Under the pieces are notes generated by a model. That model had not been told where the DNA came from, did no database searches, and was given only the letters and a program-made list of their open reading frames with translations. Positions 40,117-49,114 of a stretch of 49,214 nt of DNA are shown piece by piece; positions within the stretch are counted from its first letter, which is position 1, and every line of letters begins with the position of its first letter. The stretch is taken from contig JBNKNM010000020.1 in assembly GCA_050293845.1 (NCBI GenBank), positions 1 to 49,214 on the forward strand, read 5' to 3'. The translations under genes and the position numbers were made by a program. This DNA comes from Pseudobacteriovorax sp. (GTDB lineage: Bacteria; Bdellovibrionota_B; Oligoflexia; Oligoflexales; Oligoflexaceae).

Positions 40117-40294
40117 CCTAGAATACTAGTTTTTCGTTTTGCAGTGAACTTCCCAGGAATTTTTCATTCTATGGTTTATCACTGGCGATTTTTAATCACA
40201 TAATTAAATCATGCTACTGCAACACTGACCAGCCCATGGCGCGTCATAATGTTTGTATTGACAAAGGATTTTTAAAACTTAAATTCCTGCCATT

Positions 40295-40597
40295 ATGAAA
40301 CGAATTTTGATTTACTACATATTTATAGTGGCATTCGCTTTCATCGAAGGTTGTCACAGCCAAAAAGAAATCCCAGCTCTCGAATTGGTGAAATGTGAAA
40401 ATATCAACAGCGGCTCCCATAGAATAGTCGATGATGAAGAGCATGAGATAACAGTCGAAAACTGGCACAATTACATTTGCGAGTACCGCATTGCTGACCC
40501 CGAACCACCCATGGCTACCGCCATGGGTCATAAACGGCAGGCAGCTCTATTATCGGGATTGGCTCGAACTCTAGAGTACGTCAAGCCAGTTCAATGA
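40295..40597 (+). CDS. Small putative lipoprotein
   Basis: MKRILIYYIFIVAFAFIEGC signal with lipobox-like cysteine. Confidence 0.55.
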   Translation: MKRILIYYIFIVAFAFIEGCHSQKEIPALELVKCENINSGSHRIVDDEEHEITVENWHNYICEYRIADPEPPMATAMGHKRQAALLSGLARTLEYVKPVQ

Positions 40598-41655
40598 AAG
40601 CTGGCTATGGTTCTGGGAATAACTCTCTCTAAAAATTCTTTAATCTTGCTAAGTTGTCGATTGCGAATGTCGTCAATCTGTTTATGGATGACATGCTTTG
40701 ACTCAGACATGGGGACAAGCTCGCATCGTTTAAGAGACCCGCAAAATTGATTTTGAGCGTCGTTATCGACCCATTTATCGTTTTCAGCTTGAAAAATAAT
40801 AACCGGTTTCACTAGCTTATCCAGCTCTTCGCCTCGAAGCATAACTTCCGAGTTTTTCAACGCTTGCGAAACGAAACCAAAAGTTGCACCACTGCGCATC
40901 CAGTATCGTATATTTTCCTGAAAGACCGCCTCAATATCATGCTGATAACGCTCTTTTGAACCTGTTCCCGATTGCTCAAAAGACCAGGGTTCGGGCTGTG
41001 GCAGCTTATGGCCCGGAACAAGCTCTTTTGCAAACCCCCAGCGGACAGCTAAATCTGTCACCACCTTAGCTAGCCATACTGGAACAGCTCCCGTTTTTAT
41101 TTTTATCATCGGTGCGCTTAATATAGCGGCATCAGCTAAATCTGGATATTTTTCCATAAACCTCGCCACAACAGCGCCCCCCATGGAATGGCCAAACAGC
41201 AGTAACGGCTTTTTACTACGCCTGACTGCCATGGTTATGATATGATGCAAATCTTCCACATAATAATCAAAGTCATCGACGTAAACACTGGCTTCGTTCA
41301 CAAATTGTGATGCCCCATGACCCCGTTGATTATAGATTAAGATGGAGTAACCCATATGATAAAAATCATAGATGAGTTCTTGATAGCGGAAAAAATGTTC
41401 CGTAAATCCGTGGACTAGGACGATCATCCCTTTGGCTTCCGAATTTATAAACTCTTTGTAATCCAGACTTACAGGCCCTCCTTCATAGGGGACTCCTGCT
41501 ATGGATTTTATGGGCACTTGGTTAAACAGTAGCTGAAACTGTTTCTTCTTGGCTGCAAAGCTATCCGCACCAAGAGCGGAGGGACCCAGGATAATTAGAG
41601 CGATACTATTAACCATAAGAAAATGTAACATAGCTATCATAGGAAAAGGCCCCAC
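40591..41655 (-). CDS. Exported alpha/beta hydrolase (lysophospholipase PldB-like)
   Basis: VHGFTEH, RGHGAS, GHSMGG nucleophile, LSAPM, ENDKWV (Asp), SKH (His); N-terminal signal peptide. Confidence 0.9.
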   Translation of the reverse strand: MGPFPMIAMLHFLMVNSIALIILGPSALGADSFAAKKKQFQLLFNQVPIKSIAGVPYEGGPVSLDYKEFINSEAKGMIVLVHGFTEHFFRYQELIYDFYHMGYSILIYNQRGHGASQFVNEASVYVDDFDYYVEDLHHIITMAVRRSKKPLLLFGHSMGGAVVARFMEKYPDLADAAILSAPMIKIKTGAVPVWLAKVVTDLAVRWGFAKELVPGHKLPQPEPWSFEQSGTGSKERYQHDIEAVFQENIRYWMRSGATFGFVSQALKNSEVMLRGEELDKLVKPVIIFQAENDKWVDNDAQNQFCGSLKRCELVPMSESKHVIHKQIDDIRNRQLSKIKEFLERVIPRTIASFH

Positions 41656-41845
41656 AAATGATAATTCAATCTACCTAACGGCAAAGCTTGTCGTCACCCA
41701 ATTGTTTCCACGTACATTTACCAATCCCCCCTATAAAAAACAAGGTTTAGACTATTTGTCACCCCGCAGTGACCAGACTTCTGACAACTATCTGTACTGT
41801 CATGTCTATTAACAGTAATTATTATAGTGTCTTAGTCACTTAGCA

Positions 41846-41861
41846 GGGAATGATTATTGCA
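41846..41861 (+). promoter_or_regulatory. Possible sigma54 promoter
   Basis: GGGAATGATTATTGCA has GG-N10-GC spacing with TTGC; about 120 nt upstream of the YbhB-like gene. Confidence 0.35.
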
Positions 41862-41983
41862 GTATATAAGGTATTCATGCAAATACGGCATCGGCATATA
41901 CCGCCTACTAGGAACTGCATGTCAATCTACCTAGTATATACTTAGAGTCATAGGAAAAGCTGCATCAATACAAAGGAGCAAAA

Positions 41984-42664
41984 ATGAAAACGCTATGGCT
42001 GTTCATTCTTATCATTACCGAATCTTGTACCCAGAATAAGATACCCGAGTACCAAAGCCAAGGATCTGAGGCAACCCAGGAATCTTCATCGAATATTCCA
42101 GCCAAGTCTGACGACTCTCAAGAAAATGCCACGGATGATCAAGGTGGTGTAGAAGATGAGATTGCCGAAGATGGCGAGGACAACGCTACTGTCAACAAGT
42201 TGCGTATTTCCAGTACAGCCTTTCAAAATAATCAAAAGATTCCCACTAATTATGTCAACAAAAACGGTGGACAGAACATATCTCCTCCCCTTAGCTGGAC
42301 GGCAGCTCCAGAAGGGGCGGGCTATTTCGTTTTACAAATGGTAGATTTGGACTTTCAAAATCCAGGTGATAATCCCTTCATTCATTGGATCATGAGTGAT
42401 ATTCCAGCTACAACACTAACTTTACCCGAAGCTATCCCACCAGGAAATGATTTTACAGAAATACCTACCCTCATCGGTAGCGAGCAGATTAGCAATTACC
42501 GCGGCCCCAGCCCCCCTGATGGTACTAATCACAGATATGAATTCACCATCTATGCCATCAAACAAGGGGTTGTGCTAAATTTAACAAACGAATCGCTCCT
42601 CAATAAACAACTACTGGAAGCGAACAGTTTAGACTCATCGGTGATCGTTGGCATTTATGAGTAA
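41984..42664 (+). CDS. YbhB/YbcL (PEBP/RKIP-like) lipoprotein
   Basis: Lipobox-like ITESC, acidic linker, ISSTAF, NISPPLSW, VDLD, FIHW, YRGPSPP, HRYEF; AAGGAG SD. Confidence 0.88.
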   Translation: MKTLWLFILIITESCTQNKIPEYQSQGSEATQESSSNIPAKSDDSQENATDDQGGVEDEIAEDGEDNATVNKLRISSTAFQNNQKIPTNYVNKNGGQNISPPLSWTAAPEGAGYFVLQMVDLDFQNPGDNPFIHWIMSDIPATTLTLPEAIPPGNDFTEIPTLIGSEQISNYRGPSPPDGTNHRYEFTIYAIKQGVVLNLTNESLLNKQLLEANSLDSSVIVGIYE

Positions 42665-42719
42665 TACTCAAGCCGAGGTCTGAAATTAGAAAAAATATTA
42701 AACCATTGCAATAGCGCAT

Positions 42720-43694
42720 TCAGAGCACTCTCTCAACATTGATACTGTTTGACAAGCCGGAGTAATCGGTTTCAATGCTAACGACTACTGGTGTCATAAG
42801 ATTCCATTGTATATTCCTTTGTCCCGTTAACTCCCGCTTTCTTCCCGTGCCATCAACCACATAAACAAAGTCATAGCCATCTTCAACGTCTATGTTGATG
42901 GCAATTTCCACAGTAGGTCCTAAATCACTTGAAAAGTAGTGGATCAATTGCGACTGGTTGTTTGCAAAAGGGCCGTGCTGGGAGCTATCACCTTCAGATC
43001 TGTTTTCCGATACTTGTCGTACAATACCCTCATATGTATCCCAGTCACCGAGATCAGTTCCATAGTTATAGGGAGTTCTATGACCATTGTGCACCCCTAA
43101 GACATGCCATGTGTCTTGAGTTAAAATAGGACTTCCACTATTACCTGGTAGGCTATCACAATTATGTTCAAATTGACTTGATTTTGTATCCGTACTAACA
43201 ATATGACAATTCAACGAAACTTTCAGCCCTTGACCTTTAGGAAAACCAAGTACTGTAATAGAGGGCTCTGTTATACCCTTCATTTCCCTCGATAGATCCA
43301 TAGCAAATTGCTCGGGAGGAGCAGGATCCACTTCAAAAATGGCAATGTCCCTTGATGAATCTAATGTGCGATAAAGAACTTGAATGCATTGGCTTGAACG
43401 ACCACTATACCATTCTACCCGGCTAGAAACACAAGCCTGGCCGGTCTTAACAAATTGAGAGAAGCAATGGCCTGCTGTCATGACTTTGCCTTCACCGATA
43501 TGAAATGCGGTGCATTCGCCATCCAAAACCCCGATTCCTGATGTTTTTGCTGTAAGGGATGTAAGGAGCTGTTGTTTGATTTGCTCAAACTGTACGAAAT
43601 CTCCCTCACCAATGATTGCTGATTGTTCTGAATTTTGCTGTGTGTTTTGACAAGATATGGATAAGACAATGGTTATAAAAATAGCAAATCGCAC
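42720..43694 (-). CDS. Trypsin-like (S1) serine protease lipoprotein with C-terminal CUB-like domain
   Basis: Lipobox LSISC; TAGHC, DIAI, GNSGSP catalytic triad; C-terminal EDGYDFVYV...TDYS CUB-like signature. Confidence 0.85.
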   Translation of the reverse strand: MRFAIFITIVLSISCQNTQQNSEQSAIIGEGDFVQFEQIKQQLLTSLTAKTSGIGVLDGECTAFHIGEGKVMTAGHCFSQFVKTGQACVSSRVEWYSGRSSQCIQVLYRTLDSSRDIAIFEVDPAPPEQFAMDLSREMKGITEPSITVLGFPKGQGLKVSLNCHIVSTDTKSSQFEHNCDSLPGNSGSPILTQDTWHVLGVHNGHRTPYNYGTDLGDWDTYEGIVRQVSENRSEGDSSQHGPFANNQSQLIHYFSSDLGPTVEIAINIDVEDGYDFVYVVDGTGRKRELTGQRNIQWNLMTPVVVSIETDYSGLSNSINVERVL

Positions 43695-43766
43695 GGTCGT
43701 CTCTCTTCTTGAAGTTCTTAACTACCGAGGAGACTACCAAATACTGGCTAGCCAGTCAACAACATG

Positions 43767-43797
43767 AAAAAATTTATAGGGCAGCGCATGCTGCCCT
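43767..43797 (-). terminator. Intrinsic terminator after the 43807..44529 gene
   Basis: AGGGCAGC-GCAT-GCTGCCCT perfect 8-bp stem; the minus strand continues ATAAATTTTTT. Confidence 0.7.
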
Positions 43798-43806
43798 TCG
43801 ATATAA

Positions 43807-44529
43807 CTATTTAATGTCGATAAACCTATTTAGAGACAAACCATTTAGAGTTCGCACATGGAGCAAACCTTCACCATGAAAAGGTTCTCTTAAACCTTTG
43901 GTGACCTGATAGTTTCGATCATCAGGCTGGTCATCGCAAGCTCGTCCATCGACAATTTCTGCGATAGGTAGTGCTACGACTACATCTTCCGGTCCTGTAT
44001 AAACGCGTACCTCTTTCATCACCATACAGCCAATAAACATATATGGGAAATAACCTTGCAACTTGAGGGCTTGTTTTCCTGATGTAAAGTCGACTTCAAT
44101 GTAAGCATTATCAACGGGTGCGTATAAATATTCATCCGGTGATTCTGTAGTGCTTTCTTTGACATTGAACCCTCTCTCTACCGTAGGATTAGGCTTATAA
44201 ATGACGTTGTAATCACCTTTTTCTAAGAGGCCTACATCCACAGTTTGAATGAAGGGTGTTATAGATTGGATACAGAAAGGGTCTGAATAATGTAAACTTG
44301 TTGCTTTAACTTCTATCTCCTTAGTGACGGCATCAACATTAACCTCAGCGTCTCCTTGTTTGTAGCATGTTGAAGGGAAGTCTCCATGGAGAACAATCTC
44401 AACCTTATCATTATCATCAAATCCATCAGGGATAAAAATAGTGTCTACCGGAGCATTTACTTTTGTAGGTGAAGCTGCATAAAGAATTCCTGTCATTGAA
44501 ATAAGTGCAATTGGTGCAAGTAGTTTCAT
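43807..44529 (-). CDS. Secreted hypothetical protein with cysteine pairs
   Basis: Signal peptide; FIPDGFDDND...CYK, LYAPVD, LLHVRTLNG; AGGAG SD. Confidence 0.8.
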   Translation of the reverse strand: MKLLAPIALISMTGILYAASPTKVNAPVDTIFIPDGFDDNDKVEIVLHGDFPSTCYKQGDAEVNVDAVTKEIEVKATSLHYSDPFCIQSITPFIQTVDVGLLEKGDYNVIYKPNPTVERGFNVKESTTESPDEYLYAPVDNAYIEVDFTSGKQALKLQGYFPYMFIGCMVMKEVRVYTGPEDVVVALPIAEIVDGRACDDQPDDRNYQVTKGLREPFHGEGLLHVRTLNGLSLNRFIDIK

Positions 44530-44576
44530 TTTAATATCTCCTAATATACCTAATTATGGCGACCTAATTTTATACA

Positions 44577-44592
44577 AGCAAGTGCCGTTCCA
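44577..44592 (-). promoter_or_regulatory. Sigma54 (RpoN) promoter
   Basis: Minus strand TGGAACG-GCAC-TTGCT, one mismatch to TGGCACG-N4-TTGCW, 48 nt upstream of the ATG at 44529. Confidence 0.75.
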
Positions 44593-45264
44593 CTTTCTTT
44601 TAAGGTCTAAAACTACTGACAGATGGTATTTACTATCAACAAAGAAACATTTCTTTATATAATCGTGCGAAATGCTCAAACGATTTCATACTATTTGTAG
44701 AGTTCGTCATTCTGATTGAGAAAGCGCCTTGGGATAAGGGGAAATAGCTATTTACTTAATTAAATACAATATGAATAATAATTCTATTAGCTTTAATATA
44801 ATTATTAAAAAATAGTTTAAGGTAAAGGTTCACTAAACATTTTTTTAGTTTCTTTAAAAGATTTTGCTAAATGCCCTCTTCCCTAGTAATTATTTAAAAA
44901 AAAGGTCGAAACTTACTTTGAAAATTTTTTTAATTAACCTGAGATTTGAAAAGCTTAGAAAATGTCTCTGGTTATTTTATAGCTGGCTGTTCATTCATAC
45001 TCGCGCTACCAAAAAGAAACAAACTGTAGGGTTTTGGGGACACATGTTACACCGCAAGAAGAAATCCGTAAGATAGCTGACCGACTTAGGGATCAATTTT
45101 TTAACTCTCACTTTGGGCAGTGGGATGGAAGACACGATTTAGAAGCGTCGCACTGCGACAAATCCATCAACAAAAATAATCTGTCAGCCAATAATTCGCA
45201 ACTAGTACTCAAAGTCATAAAACTCTATAATGCTAATAACTATTACAATCAAACAATTGGTTTT

Positions 45265-47553
45265 ATGGCGAACATGAAACATTTGCTTTTTTATGTTCTT
45301 TTGACAGTTTTTGGGACCTGTGGCTTTTCCAATTGGCAATTTGCCATGACTCTTGATGGCAGCCTCTCGGAACCCGAGTGGAAAGATGCCGCCAAAATTG
45401 TTGAGTTTCAGCAAGTCATGCCATATACCGGCCACACTGCGGAATTCGCTACTGAGGTTTTGATCTTTTCCAATCAGGACGGCATATATTTAGGAATTCA
45501 AAATTATCAAGCAGAGCAATGGCATACAAAAACCATTTCCTCCCGGGATAGTAATACTCTAGCTGACTACAATCGTGTAATCATCGATTTTGATAGCAAC
45601 GGGCTGGTAGCCTATGAGTTTACTATCACTAATGGTAATTCTATCCAGGATGCCATTTGGATAAATGGCAACTCAAGAAGCAGTGATTGGGATGGCATTT
45701 GGAGTTCTGCTTCCCAAGCTAAAACTGATAGATGGATCACAGAAATCCTGGTGCCCTGGAATATCGTTCCTATGATACCTGTGGATTCTGCGCATCGATC
45801 GATTCATTTGCTAGTGGAAAGATATCTTTTTAAACAACACCGGCTTTTTTCATCCATAGGTGTCACGAGCTCTCATCCGCAATACCTCAGTCATTTTCAG
45901 TCTATTACCGTCAACAACCACTCACTGTCCAGGTTGGATTCGTTTGTGAACTTAGTTGGCAGCAGTGACAGCAATTCCGGTCGTCATCAACTAGAAGCTG
46001 GAGGTGATATATTTTGGAAACCAACATCCAACCAACAGCTTTCCCTGACAGCTAATCCAGACTTCAGTCAGGTTGAAAGTGATACTATCGTTATTAATTT
46101 CTCACCTAATGAAACTTTTTTTGAAGAAAAGCGACCTTTCTTTACGGAAAATCAAGGTGCATTTAGTACAGTAACCCCTTTAGAGATGGATTTACAGCCA
46201 AAGATAGAGTTGATTCATACTAGGAGAATTGGAGCCGTACCCGACGCCGGTACTCAGGAGCGTGCCAATATCCTCGGAGCAGTGAAGTATTCATTAAAAA
46301 CATCTTATACTAGCTTCGGAGCTTTTTCCGCTGTGGAAGAGGACTATGATGATTCCAAAGGGAAAGATTTTTATGCAGGGCGTTTAGCGGGCAAATTAGA
46401 TAAACATAGCATTGCTGGCACATTCACCCACACCGAGCGCCCAGAATTAAACCGATCAGCCCAAGTATGGGGTGCCGACGGGGTGTTTCATCTAGGTGAT
46501 ACCAGTGCCCTCAGTGCAGCTTATTTCCAGTCTCATATAAAAAACTCAGATGACACCGCAGCAAAGCTTAGGCAAAGAGGAGGGGGGGGGTTCCTATCAT
46601 TGCTTTATGCGCAGTCATCCTCCACCCACCATGGGCTGCAATTTATGAATCTTGATCCCGATGTTGATCTAAATGACCTAGGTTTTCTGACCCGTAATAA
46701 TCTAAGGTCTTTAGCCTATAGGGTTGATAAAGAAGTCGAGTATAATAAAGACCATTCTGTATTGTCAGATGAGCTAGGAGGTAAAATCACCGTCCGCGAA
46801 AACTACCAAAAAGAGCAACTACCAAAGCATCTGAAAGTCTACTATAACAGAAAGTACCAGGATACTTCAGGAGTGAGCACCTCGCTTCAGCATCAAACTG
46901 AAGGACTTGATGATAGGGTGACCCGTGGTTATAGCTCTGTTATACAGCCAGAATGGTGGTATCTCTTAGGCGAATATTATAGCAGTCAATCGGTTTCATT
47001 GCGTCATAAAGCTGGTATTTGGTATAGCTACGGGGGATACGATTCAAAATCAATCTGGTTGTCATGGCAGTCTAGTTACTATTTCAATGACTATACCAAT
47101 ATTACCTCTTCTGTCCAGTATTTGCAGAATAGTGACTGGATCACATGGTCCCATATAAACAACAGTAGCCAGGCCATATTAAGCTCCTATGATAAGGAGG
47201 AAACGACCCTCCGCTTTCACCTCAACCATAACTTTCTCGTCGGTCAAGAGCTGCGTCTCAACTTTCAATGGGTAGGAGTAGCAGCTAAGTACATAGACAG
47301 CTTTGTGGTAAAAGAAAAGCAACTAGCAAGCTATGAAGATGAGTTAAGTTCTGATTTCAGTCGGAGTAAAATTGGTATTCAAATCCGTTACACCTACCAC
47401 CTAGCCAATTCTTCACTTCTATATGTGGTATATTCCAGGGGCGGTGTAGATAGTTGCGATGAATGTCAACTTGACACTTACAGTAATTTTAAGCAAAGTC
47501 TACACAGTCACGATGCCAACCAATTTTATGTGAAGCTCCGCTATGCTTTGTGA
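45265..47553 (+). CDS. Outer-membrane protein with CBM9-like N-domain and DUF5916-like beta-barrel
   Basis: Signal peptide after M78/M81 of the ORF-track protein; LDGSLSEPEW, SDWDGIW, EILVPW, NPDFSQVESD, ETFFEEKRPFF, HTRRIG; C-terminal FYVKLRYAL. Confidence 0.8.
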   Translation: MANMKHLLFYVLLTVFGTCGFSNWQFAMTLDGSLSEPEWKDAAKIVEFQQVMPYTGHTAEFATEVLIFSNQDGIYLGIQNYQAEQWHTKTISSRDSNTLADYNRVIIDFDSNGLVAYEFTITNGNSIQDAIWINGNSRSSDWDGIWSSASQAKTDRWITEILVPWNIVPMIPVDSAHRSIHLLVERYLFKQHRLFSSIGVTSSHPQYLSHFQSITVNNHSLSRLDSFVNLVGSSDSNSGRHQLEAGGDIFWKPTSNQQLSLTANPDFSQVESDTIVINFSPNETFFEEKRPFFTENQGAFSTVTPLEMDLQPKIELIHTRRIGAVPDAGTQERANILGAVKYSLKTSYTSFGAFSAVEEDYDDSKGKDFYAGRLAGKLDKHSIAGTFTHTERPELNRSAQVWGADGVFHLGDTSALSAAYFQSHIKNSDDTAAKLRQRGGGGFLSLLYAQSSSTHHGLQFMNLDPDVDLNDLGFLTRNNLRSLAYRVDKEVEYNKDHSVLSDELGGKITVRENYQKEQLPKHLKVYYNRKYQDTSGVSTSLQHQTEGLDDRVTRGYSSVIQPEWWYLLGEYYSSQSVSLRHKAGIWYSYGGYDSKSIWLSWQSSYYFNDYTNITSSVQYLQNSDWITWSHINNSSQAILSSYDKEETTLRFHLNHNFLVGQELRLNFQWVGVAAKYIDSFVVKEKQLASYEDELSSDFSRSKIGIQIRYTYHLANSSLLYVVYSRGGVDSCDECQLDTYSNFKQSLHSHDANQFYVKLRYAL

Positions 47554-47725
47554 CATCTCCCGGCCATTAGCCTCATCATTGATACCCCCCAAGCCTTAAG
47601 TCAGAGATATCAAAACGTCTTTTAGGTTAATGCTTCGGCCGACTCTACATAATCATACCTGAAATCCACAACTTTGATCTTGACTGAATCTTGGTTTACA
47701 AGTACACAGTTAAGCTCTTTAGTGA

Positions 47726-47799
47726 GGTCGCGTAGCTCAGTTGGATAGAGCACAGGATTTCTAATCCTGTGGTCGCAGGTTCGAATCCTGCCGCGATCG
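47726..47799 (+). tRNA. tRNA-Arg (anticodon TCT), CCA not encoded
   Basis: Cloverleaf: GGTCGCG/CGCGATC acceptor stem, GCTC/GAGC D arm, CAGGA-TT TCT AA-TCCTG anticodon arm, GCAGG-TTCGAAT-CCTGC T arm. Confidence 0.97.
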
Positions 47800-47840
47800 C
47801 TCTTTTCTCAATAAAAACATTAAGTTAAAAATTTTCATAC

Positions 47841-47878
47841 CGGATAGTGGATAGAGACTTATTCTGCATTGGATAGAG
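47841..47878 (+). repeat. Direct repeats (T/C)GGATAG(A/T)G, putative integrase arm-type sites
   Basis: CGGATAGTG 47841, TGGATAGAG 47848 and TGGATAGAG 47870 between the tRNA and the integrase 3' end. Confidence 0.55.
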
Positions 47879-48016
47879 CCAAATTCCCGTCTTTTTGCGA
47901 ACGAAAATTTGATTCTAAGCACAATTTTTCTCGTTTTTCGTTAGTTTGAATCCCTGAGATTTCCGGACTGCAAGAGGGCATCGGTGCGTTCTTTTTTTGA
48001 TATGTCATTTAGACTT

Positions 48017-49114
48017 CTATGTAAAAGGAATACTGATAGCTGCTTGACCTAGAAACTGCATACCTTCATCACTTATAATATGACCTACATAACTATTCTT
48101 ACAAACTTGCTCACTATCACCTAAAGACATAGCTACTTTAGAAATAGATACGCCGCGATTTAGTAAGTTGATGGCATAGCAATGTCTCAAGTCATGAAAT
48201 GTAATCTCAGGAATTCGCGCTTTCCGACAAGCCTTCCTGACAATCTTAGAGAAATCTCTTCCCCTAAGCTCTTTTCTGACTGCCTCTGGGACTTGGTTCC
48301 AAATGTCGATATCATTTCTTGAATCTACAAACCCGAAAGCTTGCCTCACCTTCCGCCGCTTTGGTAAACCAAGAGTACCATCACGATACATTTGACGGTT
48401 TACGGATATAATGAATCCACCATTTATAGGCCTAACTCGAGCCTTATCTAATCCAAAAATTTCGCCTACCCTTAAACCAGCAAAGTAAGCGATCCTTACA
48501 AGTGTAGCCTCATACTTCGCATTATCCAAAAAGCCTAACAATTTTTTGAATTCGTCATGGGTTAGATTACTTACTTCTTCGTATTCCATCGGCAGCTTTT
48601 CAAGTTTATCTGTTGTCGGGCGGCCTATATACCTCATCATAGAATTTAGTCTCATGACCGTTTTCGCATGGGGACCTCTTCTATCATCATAGAAGGCATC
48701 GACCCTATCCTGCAAAACCTCAGCCGGAGTGTACTCTAGGTCTAAATTGCCAATGACATCAATCGCCCTTTTTAGATCATAGTAAGCACCATCTGGTGTG
48801 GAACTATGAATACGCCTTCTTCTGTGCTTAGATAAATATCTCCACTGAAAATAAGACTCCATGAAACCCAAGTTTCTCTCGTTTACTTTTGGTCGAAGCT
48901 GTTCTCTCTGCTGATATAGTTTCCGAAGGACTTCTTTAACTATTTTTTCACCTTCATAGAGAGAAATTTTCTTCTTGGAGTAAAGGTCATTTACCTCTCT
49001 GACTTCAACTAAATCTAACTTCTTCCAAGCTTCGCCAGGATTTTTTGCCATTATGGAAAACGATTTTCTTTGGTAACCTGGCTTTTTCAAATAAAAACTA
49101 GTGTTTAACTTCAT
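48017..49114 (-). CDS. Tyrosine recombinase / phage-type integrase
   Basis: AGLRVGEIFGL (Arg), LPKRRK (Lys), FHDLRHCYA (HxxR), SLGDS...SY (Tyr); AAGGAG SD; converges on the tRNA. Confidence 0.92.
   Translation of the reverse strand: MKLNTSFYLKKPGYQRKSFSIMAKNPGEAWKKLDLVEVREVNDLYSKKKISLYEGEKIVKEVLRKLYQQREQLRPKVNERNLGFMESYFQWRYLSKHRRRRIHSSTPDGAYYDLKRAIDVIGNLDLEYTPAEVLQDRVDAFYDDRRGPHAKTVMRLNSMMRYIGRPTTDKLEKLPMEYEEVSNLTHDEFKKLLGFLDNAKYEATLVRIAYFAGLRVGEIFGLDKARVRPINGGFIISVNRQMYRDGTLGLPKRRKVRQAFGFVDSRNDIDIWNQVPEAVRKELRGRDFSKIVRKACRKARIPEITFHDLRHCYAINLLNRGVSISKVAMSLGDSEQVCKNSYVGHIISDEGMQFLGQAAISIPFT

Noticed and set aside
44864..45264. 70-aa ORF and the 77-aa N-terminal extension of the DUF5916 protein
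   Set aside because: TTG starts without SD; the signal peptide begins at M78/M81. A gene remnant cannot be excluded but nothing supports it.
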